A DNA stretch of 64,000 nt, from NCBI RefSeq assembly GCF_018350175.1, contig NC_058382.1, forward strand, positions 51,338,001-51,402,000, in the 5' to 3' direction. Under the pieces are notes generated by a model. The model was not told the DNA's origin, ran no database searches, and was given only the letters and a program-made list of their open reading frames with translations. Positions 35,551-48,304 of this stretch are shown piece by piece (position 1 is the stretch's first letter; each line of letters starts with the position of its first letter). The DNA is from Felis catus (Eukaryota). The position numbers were made by a program, and so were the translations under genes.

Positions 35551-35723
35551 CTTCCACTTTTGTGTAGGGTTTCCACTGGTAGAACCATCCACGGAAAGGT
35601 TTGCTGTTATATTCTGCACATTGCTGGGCTCGGAAATCCAAGCTATTTTCACTGCAAGGGTTAATATTGCACAGCTGATATACACGGCTAGAACCTGGAC
35701 AGAACTTGCCACCATATTGAGGC
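35551..35723 (-). CDS. ADAMTS18: ADAMTS18 exon ~13 (173 nt): PQYGGKFCPGSSRVYQLCNINPCSENSLDFRAQQCAEYNSKPFRGWFYQWKPYTKVE
   Basis: tttttag acceptor, gtaatt donor, phase 2 to 1; DFRAQQC motif; partly in ORF 35444..35641. Confidence 0.95.
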
Positions 35724-37061
35724 CTAAAAATAAAATTAAAGAGCTTTAGTACTAGAGCTCACTATTAGGCATAAGCAGTAATAAAGGAGGGACAAGCAAG
35801 ACGAACACCGTCACAAGCTATGCAGTGCACACAGTCCATTACGAGAACGGAAATAACGTTGTACACAACACACCGTGTCCCTTCTTGTATCCATGGTGGG
35901 CATGACCCATCAGTCAAAGATTTCCCTTTCGTTACTTTCTTTCCTAAGTATAGGCCTTGGGTGGGCATCCACTGCTCAGCAACGAGCTTCAGATTAGATA
36001 AAACTTATGTGGCATCTCTGATCCAAGTTTTACATTCTGGCAATTTCCTTAAAGAGTTGATGAAGGCATCTTCTCGACACTGATCGTATCGCCGGCGTTA
36101 GGGACACTCGTAAATGCACCCAACACGTTCTTATGAATGTGGATATGTGTCCGTGTGCCACACTCACGGACACACGCACCCCACATGGGTATCAAGACTC
36201 TTCCGAAGTGGACCCGACCTGCTCTCCAGCTCGCCTCCCATTCCTGAACACACTCAGCTTTCTAGAGTGTGCTCTCCACCTGCTGCCACGTAGGAGGTGG
36301 GGACATGGAAGAGAAAGAAGAGAAAGCCCCATTCGCCACGATCTCCAATCCAGCTTTGTCAGTCATTGAGCTCGTATTCTGATTATTTATTGTCCGACTC
36401 GTCTATGTTTTATTCCAGTTGATCCTAAACTGTGAACAAAAATTCCCTTGTTTTCATCTGCATAATCACTTTTCAACTTCGTAGGTGGCCTCCTCCTCTC
36501 CTGCCAAGCACAATGGGAAATGGATTTCCAGAGAAGGGAATCCCATTAGAACATAAATAATTACGATCTAATGGCAGGCTCTCTAAGATCTCGGTAGGCA
36601 GACTGCAAAAACCAGAAGGCAATCTAAAGAAAAAAGGAGCATAAACCAAACCGAAAATTCCCAATAACGTCTTAACCAGCTCCTTCCAGGCACAAAACAA
36701 TCGCTCCTTCTCCTTCCTATCTCCAAAGGCGAAAACCCAGCTCTGGATCGTCTCACACAAAAGCTCAACGCAAACATGTACTATGAAAGAAGGCTCCGGG
36801 TGAATAAACTTAGGTGACTAAAATTCCTTGTCTCTTTAGGAAGCACAAGAATGCTGTAAAACACCCCTGGATCTGCTTCAGCATATTTTATCCAATCTTC
36901 GTGTAAGTGCACGCTAAGATGGATTCAACAGGAACGGGAAGTGTCACACCGCCAGAGTGAGATTGTTTCGCTATTTCGGAACATTCTGGGGCGACTACTT
37001 CAACGTTTCAGCAGTCACCGGGCTGGATCAAGTCCCCGAAGACTTCTTAAATCATTATCTA

Positions 37062-37283
37062 GGGGCGCCTGGGTGGCGCAGTTGGTTAAGCGTCCGACTT
37101 CAGCCAGGTCACGATCTCGCGGTCCGTGAGTTCGAGCCCTGCGCCGGGCTCTGGGCTGATGGCTCAGAGCCTGGAGCCTGTTTCCGATTCTGTGTCTCCC
37201 TCTCTCTCTGCCCCTCCCCCGTTCATGCTCTGTCTCTCTCTGTCCCAAAAATAAATAAACGTTGAAAAAAAAATTTAAAAAAA
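37062..37283 (+). mobile_element. Young felid SINEC_Fc-type element
   Basis: CpG-rich diagnostic cttcagccaggtcacgatctcgcggtccg...tgggctgatgg; TSD aaatcattatcta. Confidence 0.93.
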
Positions 37284-37406
37284 ATCATTATCTAAAAAGC
37301 ACTTTAAAAAAAGCCCTTAAAGTGTCATATGATAGCCTTTCTATTCATGGTCACCTTCATAAGGCATATTTAAAACTTTCTTAGTTTAAGACTTTCTGAG
37401 ATTTCT

Positions 37407-37610
37407 GGGGCGCCTAGGGTGGCTCGGTCGGTTGAGCGTCTGACTTCGGCTCAGGGCATGATCTCGTGATCCGTGAGTTCGAGCCCCGCGTCGGGCTCTG
37501 TGCCCACGGCTCGGAGCCTGGAGCCCGCTTCGGATTCTCGGTCTCCCTCCCTCTCTGCCCCTCCCCCACAGGCACTCTGTCTCTCAAAAAAAGAAAAAAC
37601 ATTAAAATAA
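37407..37610 (+). mobile_element. Can-SINE
   Basis: head, body and A-rich tail present. Confidence 0.9.
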
Positions 37611-38114
37611 CTTTTTTTTTTCAATTAGAAACGAAAAGACATTGAGATTTTTACAAACAACCTTCATTTAGACTACTCAGTTTCAAGGCCGTGAAAGAGG
37701 ACCACAGGTGTTACTACTGCAACTGAGAAACCGTAACACAGAAAAGATCTTGAAACTTCTACAGCACCCCCTCTTTTTGTAGATGAAGCGAAAAATGGCT
37801 GAGGAGGTTCATAAAACTTGCCGAATGAAGATCACACAGGCAGCAAGAGAGGGAGCGCAGCTGAGCCCCCTACCTTCCACTCCACCTGCATTTAACTGAG
37901 CGAGGCAATAACAGAGGCCAGAATGGAAGAGGAAGACGGTCGTGCACGATGCTTAGGAGGCTGGCCTTTTATAATGAGGCAGATCTGGATTTAAATATCC
38001 TCTGCCTCTTCCTCGCTCATCTTTAGGCAATTCTGTTTCACCTTGTAACCTGTCACGGGGGTGGGGGGCAGTTGTGATGATTAACGGAGATGATGTTTGT
38101 AAAGAATTTAGGGC

Positions 38115-38735
38115 TGACAAACTATGGAAGCAGCCCAAGTAGGCATCGGTAGATGAATGGATAAAAAAGAGGTGGTATATATATATACAATAGAGTATTA
38201 CTCAGCCATAAAGAAGAATGGAATCTTGCCACATGCAATGACATGGATGGAGCTAGAGAATACTATGCTAAGCGAAATGAGTCAGGGAAAGACAAATACC
38301 CTATGATCTCACTTTGTATGTGGAATTTAAGAAACAAAACAATCATGGGGGGCAAAGAGAGAGAAAGCAAACCAAGAATCCGACTCAACTCTAGAGAACA
38401 AACTGATAGTTACCGAGGGGGAGGGAGGTGGGAGGATGTGTGAAATGGGGGATAGGGATTAAAAAGTATATTTATCGGGGCGCCTGGGTGGCACAGTCGG
38501 TTAAGCGTCCGACTTCAGCCAGGTCACAATCTCGCGGTCCGTGAGTTTGAGCCCCGCGTCAGGCTCTGGGCTGATGGCTCAGAGCCTGGAGCCTGTTTCC
38601 GTTTCTGTGTCTCCCTTTCTCTCTGCCCCTCCCCCATTCATGCTGTGTCTCTCTCTGTCCCCAAAATAAATAAACGTTGAAAAAAATTTTAAAAAAATAA
38701 AAAGTATATTTATCATGAATAAAATAAAATAAAGC
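38115..38735 (+). mobile_element. L1 3'-end fragment interrupted by a young SINE
   Basis: caaactatggaagcagcccaag...tactcagccataaagaagaatgg...tggaatttaagaaacaaaac. Confidence 0.85.
38477..38697 (+). mobile_element. Young felid SINEC_Fc-type element
   Basis: TSD aaaaagtatatttatc. Confidence 0.93.
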
Positions 38736-39249
38736 GATAAAGAACACAAAGCTCACAAAATAATGAGATACCATCTTCAAACAACAACAACAAAAGAATA
38801 CAGGACTGAGTCTAGGGCGGAGTTAGCACAAAAGAATCCTAACTATTTTCAAATGCTTTCTGCTTTTAACGACTGGTAAGGATCTGCACTTTTCCAGCAC
38901 AACCTCAAATAGAGGTACATTTTTCTGCAGCTGTAAACAGGAGCGTTGGGATAAATTAACAGAAAATTCCACCATGACATCCCTTGGTGTACTGAGATTA
39001 AAAACAAAAACATAAACGGTCAGGAAGCAAACGTCTGGGAACATGATTTTGTCCTGACGTTAGACCATTATAAAATATACTCATATTTACTTCTGCATAA
39101 TATATCATGTCCTGACTACAAATGTTTGTAATATTGGCTGGGTGATCAGTGGGATCAGGAGGGGAGCTCTGTTAATAAAGAGAGCCAGACAGACTGACTC
39201 ACTCCTGGGTCCCTCTAGACTTACTCAGTAAGAATATAGGATGGGGCAG

Positions 39250-39458
39250 GGGGCACCTGGGTGGCTCAGTTGGTTGAGTTTCTGACTTCAGCTCAGGTTG
39301 TGATCTCACAGTTCCTGAGTCTGAGCTCCCCATCAGGCTCACTACTGTCGTCACAGAGCCTGTGTCAGATCTTCTGTCCTCCTCTCTCTCTGCCCCTCCC
39401 CCACTCCCACGTGTGTACTCTCTCTCAAAAATAAATAAAAACATCAAAAAAAAAAAAA
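39250..39458 (+). mobile_element. Can-SINE
   Basis: TSD aagaatata(g/c)gat. Confidence 0.9.
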
Positions 39459-40934
39459 AGAATATACGATAGGGAAAATCCAGAAATCAGTATTTTTTTA
39501 AAGCACAGTTGGTGATTCTAATAATCACCTGAGCCTGGAAATCACCGGTTGGAAAATGGGCCAGAGGTTTGATTCAATTATTATTCTAGAACCATGACTC
39601 TCTGGTGGCCTATTATTTGTCGTCAAATAGACTTGCAATTTAGGAAAGTTCTATAATACCTCGGCATGTTTAGTTTTCACTACTCTAATTTTTGCTATTT
39701 GCTTGAACAGACTTCATAGAAATTCCACTAGGCTCTTGCAGAGCATAATAATTGAAGAGTCAGAGAACCAGAAACAATGTCAGAGGGTTAAAACCGGGGG
39801 CTCTTGGTCTGACTCTATCACTATCGGCTTGGTGACCCGGGGAAAGATGGCAGCACTTGTGCCCCCCATCTCCCCTGGTTCCTCATTTGTCAAGTGACTG
39901 GATTAGACAGCAGGTCGCAACTCATGTCTCTGTTCTAGTTGGATGGGGAGCAAAGGCCTGGAGAAATGTTTGGAGAAGGTTCCTGAGGCATTGTAGGACC
40001 TGGGAGGCAACAGAACTTCTACCAGTTAAAAATGTCCCCCCCGCCATGCCTGGCATAGGAAAAAGAAGAAGAAGAAGGGCCATATGTGTGTGGTACCAGT
40101 CATCCCAGTACCAGATAACCTCTAAACACTTTGGAAGCTGACAAGTTGGATAAAGCTGTGAACTGGCCAGGAATAATTCATTTTTATGAAACAAAGTATG
40201 TTCTGGGAAAACGATCATTAAGTGAAATAAAAGCTCCCCGTGCTCCTCACAGGAGAAAATGAAATTGCGTAGGCTGAGTGATGGGAACAGACCAAACGCA
40301 TAATCAACTAAAGCAAAGGAGAAATCAGTAATCCGAAATGGAGGGGAACCCCCACCCCACCCCAGCTTTACTACAACGAAGTGAAATAAGAACAGAGAAC
40401 AACTAATTCAATTGCCTTGGGACAGCTGCTCAGGTACTTGTCTTATTTGTGACGCATAATCAAAGTAAACAGTATCCTGAGGAGCCTTCATCTGGTTTAA
40501 AATGATAAAACACCACCAAATGGAACTACATGAGGGATTCTTTTATTAGGCATTTCCAAAATTACACTATGATATTTCCATGAACAATGCGCTATTATAA
40601 TGAGAGTTCTCAATCCCACAGATATGAGAGAGGTTTTAATTTAAACCTCAGGGGTGTTATTCATGCACTTTACCAGCAGAGCTATTAAATTAGGTAATCT
40701 ATTTCTTTCTTGGGAAAATACCGAGATTGTAAAGTGTTGTGATGTATGAAAACCAGATCCATGAAATAGGCTGAAAAATGAAAAGCAATAGAATGATTTT
40801 AGGAATTCTATCCAAGATATGGGCTACATTCAAAGTACGAGGAGGGTGGTTTTAATAATCTGGTGTAAGTTGTAAATGCATCACAAGCCTGTCTACCGTC
40901 ACACCTGGTTACCGGGTCTCGGATAAGCCAGCGA

Positions 40935-41143
40935 GTTTCAAATGGCGATGGCTTTGCCCCTACAGGACATTGGCCCCCTCTAGTGCCTGGAGACACAGGG
41001 TTGTTGGGGAGCGGCAGTCATCCTACTGACATCTGGTGGGTAGAGGCCGGGCCGCTGCCCAACATCCTGCCGTGTGGACAAACCCCATAACAAAGATTTT
41101 CCAGCCTCAAGCGTCAAGAGTGCCGAAGTTGAAAAATCCTGCA
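40935..41143 (+). mobile_element. MER20-like hAT element
   Basis: ctactgacatctggtgggtagaggcc...caacatcct...acaaagattttccagcc...agtgccgaagttgaaaaatcctg. Confidence 0.7.
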
Positions 41144-42579
41144 TCTGCCTGCTATCCCAAATTGCTACCCAGCAAACCATGGTCAAGGTGTCTTCCGACC
41201 CTTTCTTTTATCTTGGAACCAACTGGCCTCTTGATCCAGCGCAGATTGCTAACACGGATGAGATACCAGGTCTCTTGAAAACTTCCCTTTTGCTCCCTCT
41301 CGCTTTCCCATTTTTTACCAAGGAGGAATCCGGAGCAGGGACAGTATGCTGTCTATGGCCACACAGCTGGAAAGACGCAGGGCCAGGAGGCGAACCTAGG
41401 GTCCTGGGATTAGGAGCCTGGGTTCTTGACCTTCAAGCTACACCACCACTCAAACAGTGCTGGGAAACGAAATCTGTTTTCCCAGGACCCATCACATTCT
41501 TCTCTCTCTACCACATTCTCCAAAATCCAATTTCGCCGGTAACGCCTCTCTCCACCCCCTCCCCCTTGCTTTTGAGGACTCACCCTCTGCTACCCTGTGC
41601 TCCTGATGAGTTCAGGATGAAGGTGGTAAAAGCCACACAGAGCCCGGATCCTTGTGCTGGACGCCCACTGCATGCTCCCCAGTATGTCAGGCATTCTACA
41701 GACCCAGTTCTAATCCCCACACCCCCAAAACTTCAGAGGTAGGTAGTATTATCTCCAATTTATACGTAAGCCCAGGTTCAGAGTTCAAGTGAACTCCCCA
41801 AAGTCACACAGTTAATAAACGGCAGACCCAGGATTTGCAGTCTGAGCTCTCGCTCTCAAACCCAGGCTCTCTCTACATCACCGTGCCAATCAGGAAATGT
41901 ACATCTCACACGCATTTCACGTGGGAATTAGAGCAGATAAAACGAACATAAAACCGCCTTCGTTTGCAAAGAATACAGACGGCGGTTCAGAATCCCAGCG
42001 AGGGTGCCTGCAGGTGGCCAGGGACCAATCTCAGGCTGTAGCCCTTGTGATTAGTCCTCCTGGTGCTCTGTTTTAAGAAAATTGAATTTGTTGTCAATAT
42101 CTTAACAATCGGGAAATTTCGCACACATTTTTTTTTTTTTTTTGGACTTCTGGTTTCTCTTGAAAAGTCAGGCAGATCTGTCAACACGTGTTGATGTACA
42201 TTCCTGCAAGGCAAAAATCAGCATATTTTCCCCAGTTCATCAGTTTGAGACACACACACACACACATTCCGCTGGCCAAGCTTCTCTGGTCTACATCACA
42301 GGCATTTGATCGTGCGACCGTGTGGCTCTCATTTAGATTCAGAAAGTAGCTCAGACTATTGAGCTGGGTCTCTGATCGGCGTCATATTCACGCACAGAGT
42401 AACTCCTTGCTTGCTGTTAACTTCCTGACCGCTTCACCCCTTTCGATGCAAACAGTAAAATCCTAGTTGATTGCTATTAACCAGAGGGAAGAAAACACTT
42501 CCCAACAGTATGTAAGCAGAACAAAACAAAAACAGTACATTCTTGCCTCACAAATACTGATTTTCTGTTGCAGCCTTAC

Positions 42580-42728
42580 TTGGGGTTATTGCAGTGTCTC
42601 TCTTGATACTTGACTCCGCCACCACAAGTTCGGGAACACTCGGACCACTTCGACCAGGCGGACCACTGGCCGTGGACGGGCCGGGGCCCGTGATCCCCAA
42701 ACTTTACGCACTGGCCTTGCCGACACCA
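42580..42728 (-). CDS. ADAMTS18: ADAMTS18 exon ~12 (149 nt): [52 protein letters not shown]1
   Basis: ttttcacag acceptor, gtaagg donor; WxxWxxW and CSRTCGGG motifs. Confidence 0.96.
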
Positions 42729-45304
42729 CTGTGAAAAGAACGCGTGACATGTTTCTTGTCAGAGTCCGCCTGGGAAAGGGCAAGGAGGTGTAGACACCTG
42801 TTCGTGAACAGGAAAAACAAGTATGGGGGCCAAAGGGAGAACGCAGGACACCTCGAGAGCGTTTCTTTGCCGGCCACGCTTCACGAACACCCAGTCACTC
42901 TGCATTTATTGCATGCGTTTTGAAAGGCTGACATCTAGCGAAGACGGGTCTGTCACCAGCCGGCCGAGGAGTACATGCTTTGTGAGCTGTCGAGGTGACG
43001 TGTTCAGATAAGATTCCACCCAAGGGCCAAGGGAGAGCGCGCAGGCACAGCGACAAGGGTGCCTCCCCCCCGACCTTTAGACACAAGGCTGCTTAAAGAA
43101 CAACGTGGATCATTCACTCAAGGAGAACCAGTTTTTTAGGTCCTAACACGGAATTTATCATTCTGATTACTCATCATAAAAACAGACATTTTTGTTTATT
43201 CCCAGCCATCCCTACAGAGCACGTCTTATGAAACAGACTAGCTCTCTGTCCACACGCATTGTGCTTTTAGGTAACACCCTTTGACCTTACGGCTGTGTGA
43301 AAGGCTCCTACTCCAGACCCTGAACCGATGACTTTGAACTCTCTGAGTGTCTTTTATGAATTAGCTCTGGGTCTTTCATTTGCCAACGCTCTGGTCAAGC
43401 CAGGGCGAGAGAGCTGTTTTCTGTGCTAACCTTTCCTTCTATTTTCCTCTGTGATACATTCCAGGCTTTGCCGGTCATCTCTGTCCTTGGGGACTGCTTG
43501 AGCCTCTCGTAGTGGTTTTATGCCTGTGGTGCTTTTATTATGAGCAAGTTCTGCATGACTTAGGGTAACTGCACACTTTCCTGAAAGCCTCTGCAACGAG
43601 ATCCAGCGGGTTGAGGTTTGGACCGTGCCAGCTTCTGCCGAAGAGTGAGAGCTGAGTCGCAGAATTATGGGAGAGCTGTTTGACTTTCCAAGTCCTCGCT
43701 TTTCCCCTGGGATACATGTGGCTTCTCGGCTGTTTATTGAGTTGCTAGTGCACTGTGCCTGGGTGAAGACACTGCTTCCTTCCTTCGATTCTTGCCGGGT
43801 GCGGATTAATTCTTGTGTTTTTAATTTGTCTTTGCCCCGGATTAATTTCACAGTCTGCATGAAATCACAGAATGCTGTTGAGAACTTTCAGGGGGAAAGC
43901 AGTTGGTTAGTAGAGGATTTTGTCTACTGTAAGCAGAAATCAGAATCTACCCTCCCAGGAATCCCCCAGGGCCGGACTCTCCCCGGCTGAGCCCAGTGGC
44001 TGAGACAAAAAAACAACAGCCAACAAGAGAAACAGTTCCAGTTTACGAAGTTGCTTCTAGGTGCCGGAAATGGTACAGGAACGGGGAGAGAAGGACTTCC
44101 CATGCAGGGTCTAACGTAATCCTCCCAAGGTGCTATGGAGTTAATAACTATTTCTGGATGAGAGAAACATAGCAAGGAAATACTAACGCAGCACCACGGA
44201 GACGGAGACTTCACTTAAACTCAGTAACCAAAGCTCCTCAACAGGATACGGATCCTTCGCGCCTCAGAGGCAAACGGTCCACCGATGTATCTTAACCCTG
44301 GTTTCTTTTTTTAAGACATGTGTTTTAAGATCCATTCCAAACCTTCAATTAATTTAGCTTTACTTCACTATTTTTCTGAGTATTGTCTTAGGTTGCTAAC
44401 GGATTGTTTCCTTCGGCTTGTCCATTCGGTATAGAAATCAGGAATAAATATATGAATGCAACGCACACCGACACACCCTCTTTGGATCTAACTGCAGAGG
44501 CTTTTAGGAAAGTGTGCAGTTATGCTAAGTCATGCAGAGGTTGCTCATAATATACACATATATATATGGACACACACATGCATAATCCACATATACGTAT
44601 AAAATTCTACACACGTAATTTAGCTATCCATCTATATACATATACCGATATGCACTTCTTCTAATTTCAAATTGAACGGCCAGATCTGGGCAGACACCTT
44701 TCCTGACAGATACCAAGCACGAGCCTTTCTTTCCTTCTCCACATGAGTAGATAAAAGTATGTGGCTTTTCATATCCTCACACGTTTACAGAAGATTCATG
44801 GTACAAAAGTCACCGAATGACCAGGGACGAGATAGGGAGGGAGAAGGATTGGGTCACGTTCCAGTTATAAAGGAACACGTGAACACAACATGGAATAGTT
44901 GCGAATCCGTAGGACACTCGAGATAAAGCGTAAGACCTGCTTGTGCTTATAAGAGCCCTGGCCTCACGGAGTTCACAGTCTCGCGAAGAGTCAGTTTCAT
45001 CCCCCGGTGTTGGAAGAGTACCACGTACGTAGATGCAATGGTAACCATACCGGTGTGATGATGGATGGAGCCCATCTAAATGCTTTCTGCACTGGGGTCC
45101 CTCAGAGTCGAGGGCGTTCCCCCACTATTGAGAACTGCAGTCTGGTCTTCTAAAATAATGATGGGGGTGGGGAGTGGCACTAGGACATCTGTTTTCGAAC
45201 TTCTGGCTTGAACTGTCTCAGGTTACAGTAACTAAAATCTAACCCGGGGCATTTTCAGCCCCCTGGAACTAGATCCCTGGTGTATTTATGTAATAAAAAC
45301 CTTA

Positions 45305-45520
45305 GGAGCGCTTGGGTGGCTCAGTCGGTTGAGCGTCCGACTTCAGCTCAGGTCATGATCTTACAGTATGTGAGTTCAAGCCCCGGGTCACGCTCTGGGC
45401 TAACAGCTCAGAGCTTGCAGCCTGCTTCGGATCCTGGCTCCCTCTCTCTCTCTCTCTCTCTCTGCCCCTCCCCCGCTCATGCTCTGTCTCTCTCACTCTC
45501 AAAATAAACATTAAAAAAAA
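45305..45520 (+). mobile_element. Can-SINE
   Basis: head, (CT)n and tail present. Confidence 0.9.
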
Positions 45521-47116
45521 TTTTTTTTTAATGTGAAACCCATGCCATTTGACACTTACTTTCCTCATTTCTTATATCCATTTTTTTTCTTGCACATCCC
45601 TCTTATGTTTAATGCTGTTGCCTTCATAATCAAAATATACCCACTAATCCTTGAGGTGCAAGTCCTAATTTTTGATGCTTTAAAAAATAAGAATGACTTC
45701 AACACTACTTACATGTTCAATTAATGAATTCACTGCTTTGCCTTACCACACCTAAAACAACTCCATGCATATTTTCAGGGAGAACCCTTATTGGAATTTT
45801 CTAAGATGGGTACCTTGGGTGAAAAGTGGCATGTAATGCCTCCATGTTTTAAAGATTCATTTCCTTTAAACTCAAAGAGTTAAAAAAAAATGCAAATCTT
45901 CTAAAAGATGCTGAGTGACTTAATATCAGAAAGCATTCTCTGAACATTCATTAATTTTCAGGTCCTGTATCTCTACCTTCATGGTCAATCTCTCACTGAA
46001 TGTCTCTCCCATCCAACTGAGGAACTTCCATTCAAATCCCAGCATCCGTCGTGGTGTACCCCTTCACTGTACTTCTTTCTAAGTGCACACCTAATTCTGA
46101 GCATCGACAGTAAGTAGGTGCTTAAAGAAGGTATGTTTCAAAAGACGGTCAGAGTTATTGGTTTCTGCACAGGTAGGTCCCCCCACTAGACTGAGTTCTT
46201 GAAGAGATAAAACTGAATTGTGTTCATCTTTGTAACCCCAGAGCCTCCTGTCTCTGATATCTAGTAGTCAATAAATTATTGCGCGAATGAGTTCACTTTA
46301 AATGACCGAGTCTTCTATACAGGCTCGCGCTGCCTTGACAGACCCAAAAGCAGAGATCAAAGAACCTGGAATATCTCCATGCTCCCCTCTTCCATAGCTT
46401 CTTGGTTGCGATCTTTCAAAGGAATGCCCCAAATCTGGACCATTTCCTGCTACGTCAAGTGCACCTGTCCTCCAGACATTAGCGGGGAAGGAGGAAAAAA
46501 CCCAGGAACTAATAGATGAATGTTCTTCATTCAAAACACAGAAATCTCCCATAATCTCCCATACTGGAGACGATTCTTTAGATTGACGGTATTTGCTGGC
46601 TCAAGGATTTCTGGTACACCCTAGACGGAGATGCAGCTTATCCTTTGCTAGGAATCCCTCTAAGTGATGGGACTCCAGTGAGCATGTCAGAAGCCCAACG
46701 ATAGGTCCTGGGAGGTGAGCAGTAGGGGCCTTGTATCAGGGTAGAGTCCTTCCTTTGCTACTAAACAGGACATCTGCTCCTTGAAGCTCTTCTATACTGA
46801 ATCAAGTTTAACACGAACAGTATACAATAAAATCCAGCAGCTTGCTGAAATAGAAATATTTCATCTAAAAATGGAAACCAAAGGCAAAAAGAAAAAAAAA
46901 ATCACCCTAAACACTTGAGCCAACTGGGTTATATTAGCACTGAGTTTTTATAATAACTGCTTAAATAATGCTGATTAATTTAAAGAGTAGTCAGAAAATG
47001 TATGCAGCAGCCAAGGTATTCCATTCTGAAGTCACAGTACAGATAATTTGTACAATGGTTTGTTTCTACATGTTATCATGTTTCCAGAACTAGAAACTAA
47101 CAAGTATGCAGTTTAC

Positions 47117-47212
47117 CATACTCAAGCCACAAACGGTCCCTTCTGCCGCGGGCATGAACTTGGTCTCACACCTGTGACCCACTCGGTGGCACCAAAGGGA
47201 CTTGCAAATGTC
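47117..47212 (-). CDS. ADAMTS18: ADAMTS18 exon ~11 (96 nt): DICKSLWCHRVGHRCETKFMPAAEGTVCGLSM
   Basis: tctttcag acceptor, gtaaac donor, phase 0 to 0; LWC...PAAEGTxCG motif. Confidence 0.95.
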
Positions 47213-47799
47213 CTGAAAGAAAAGAAGAAGCTGGTAAGGGTGTCAATACAATCAAAAGGCAAATATCCAAAGTCTTTTGTATACGATATCATATTTTGAG
47301 GCAGCTGGAATGGGACATTGTCCAGGAAGCGGAGGCAAGTGACGTCGGGAGCGGCCAGGTAACCGGTAAATACGCTGTAGCAAATGTACAAGCAGGAAGT
47401 TACCGCACTGCCGACATGGGTGTTTGGTAATGACGGGGAGGTAACGACAGTTCATTTAGGGACCATTTGGCTTGAAACCAAGAGACCTGGTTTGTAATGA
47501 CAACTACCACCACCATGAGTGACACAAAAGAAGCCCAAACTGGAATCAAGCACATCGGATTCAGATCTTCGCCCCCGAATTCGAGGTTCCCGGCCCTAGG
47601 GACATGTTACGGAAGGGTCTGAAGTGTGGTTTTCTCAACTGTGGAGATGGTGATCGAAGCACCTCTTTCCTCTGGAGGGTTGTTCTCAAGGGTAAATGAT
47701 GTAAATGATCATCACCACCGTCCTTATCTTTATAGGAATTTTCAAGCATTTCAGCAATTTTCACACGAGAGCATCAAATAGCTTCACTCTCATGCTAGA

Positions 47800-48304
47800 C
47801 TGTGGCAGGCAGAACACCATCCCCCAAAAATGACCACATCCCTACCACTGGTGCTTGTGACTTTGTGCATTTACGTAGCAAAGGAGAATTAAAGGTGCAG
47901 ATGCAATCAGGGTTGCAGTTGACCTTGAGGTGGGGAGACTATCTTCGATTTTCCAGATGGGCCCAAGACAACCACAGGGACCCTTGAAGAGGGCAGGGGA
48001 AGATAGAAGAGAGTCAGAGGGAGGACAGCGTGAGGAGGGCCAAGGTGGATGTTGCTGCCTGGAAGGCGGAGGATGGGGCCGCTGAGCCAAGGAATGAAGG
48101 AGGCCTGCAGAAGCTGGAGAAGGCAAGAAAATGGCTTCTCTTCTAGAGCTTGCAGGAGGGCCACAAGCCTGCCGACACTTGATGTTAGCCCAGCGGCACT
48201 TACTTCATGTGTCCACCTCCAGAAATGTAAGAAAATAAACGTGTGTTGCTTTAAGTCATTAAGTTCATGGAAAGTTATTAGAGCGGTCATAGGAAACTAA
48301 TACT
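47800..48304 (+). mobile_element. MLT1 (ERVL-MaLR) solo LTR, MLT1C/D-like
   Basis: starts tgtggcaggcagaa; contains ccttgaggtggggagactatc and gagccaaggaatg...agaagctgga; ends aaataaa...tgctttaag...ataggaaactaata. Confidence 0.8.

Noticed and set aside
41074..41742. 222-aa plus-strand ORF
   Set aside because: Starts inside a MER20-like element and runs through intronic sequence; no protein signature
32774..45520. Run of seven consecutive plus-strand SINEs as an orientation bias
   Set aside because: Window-wide count is about 14 plus to 13 minus; a run of this length can occur by chance
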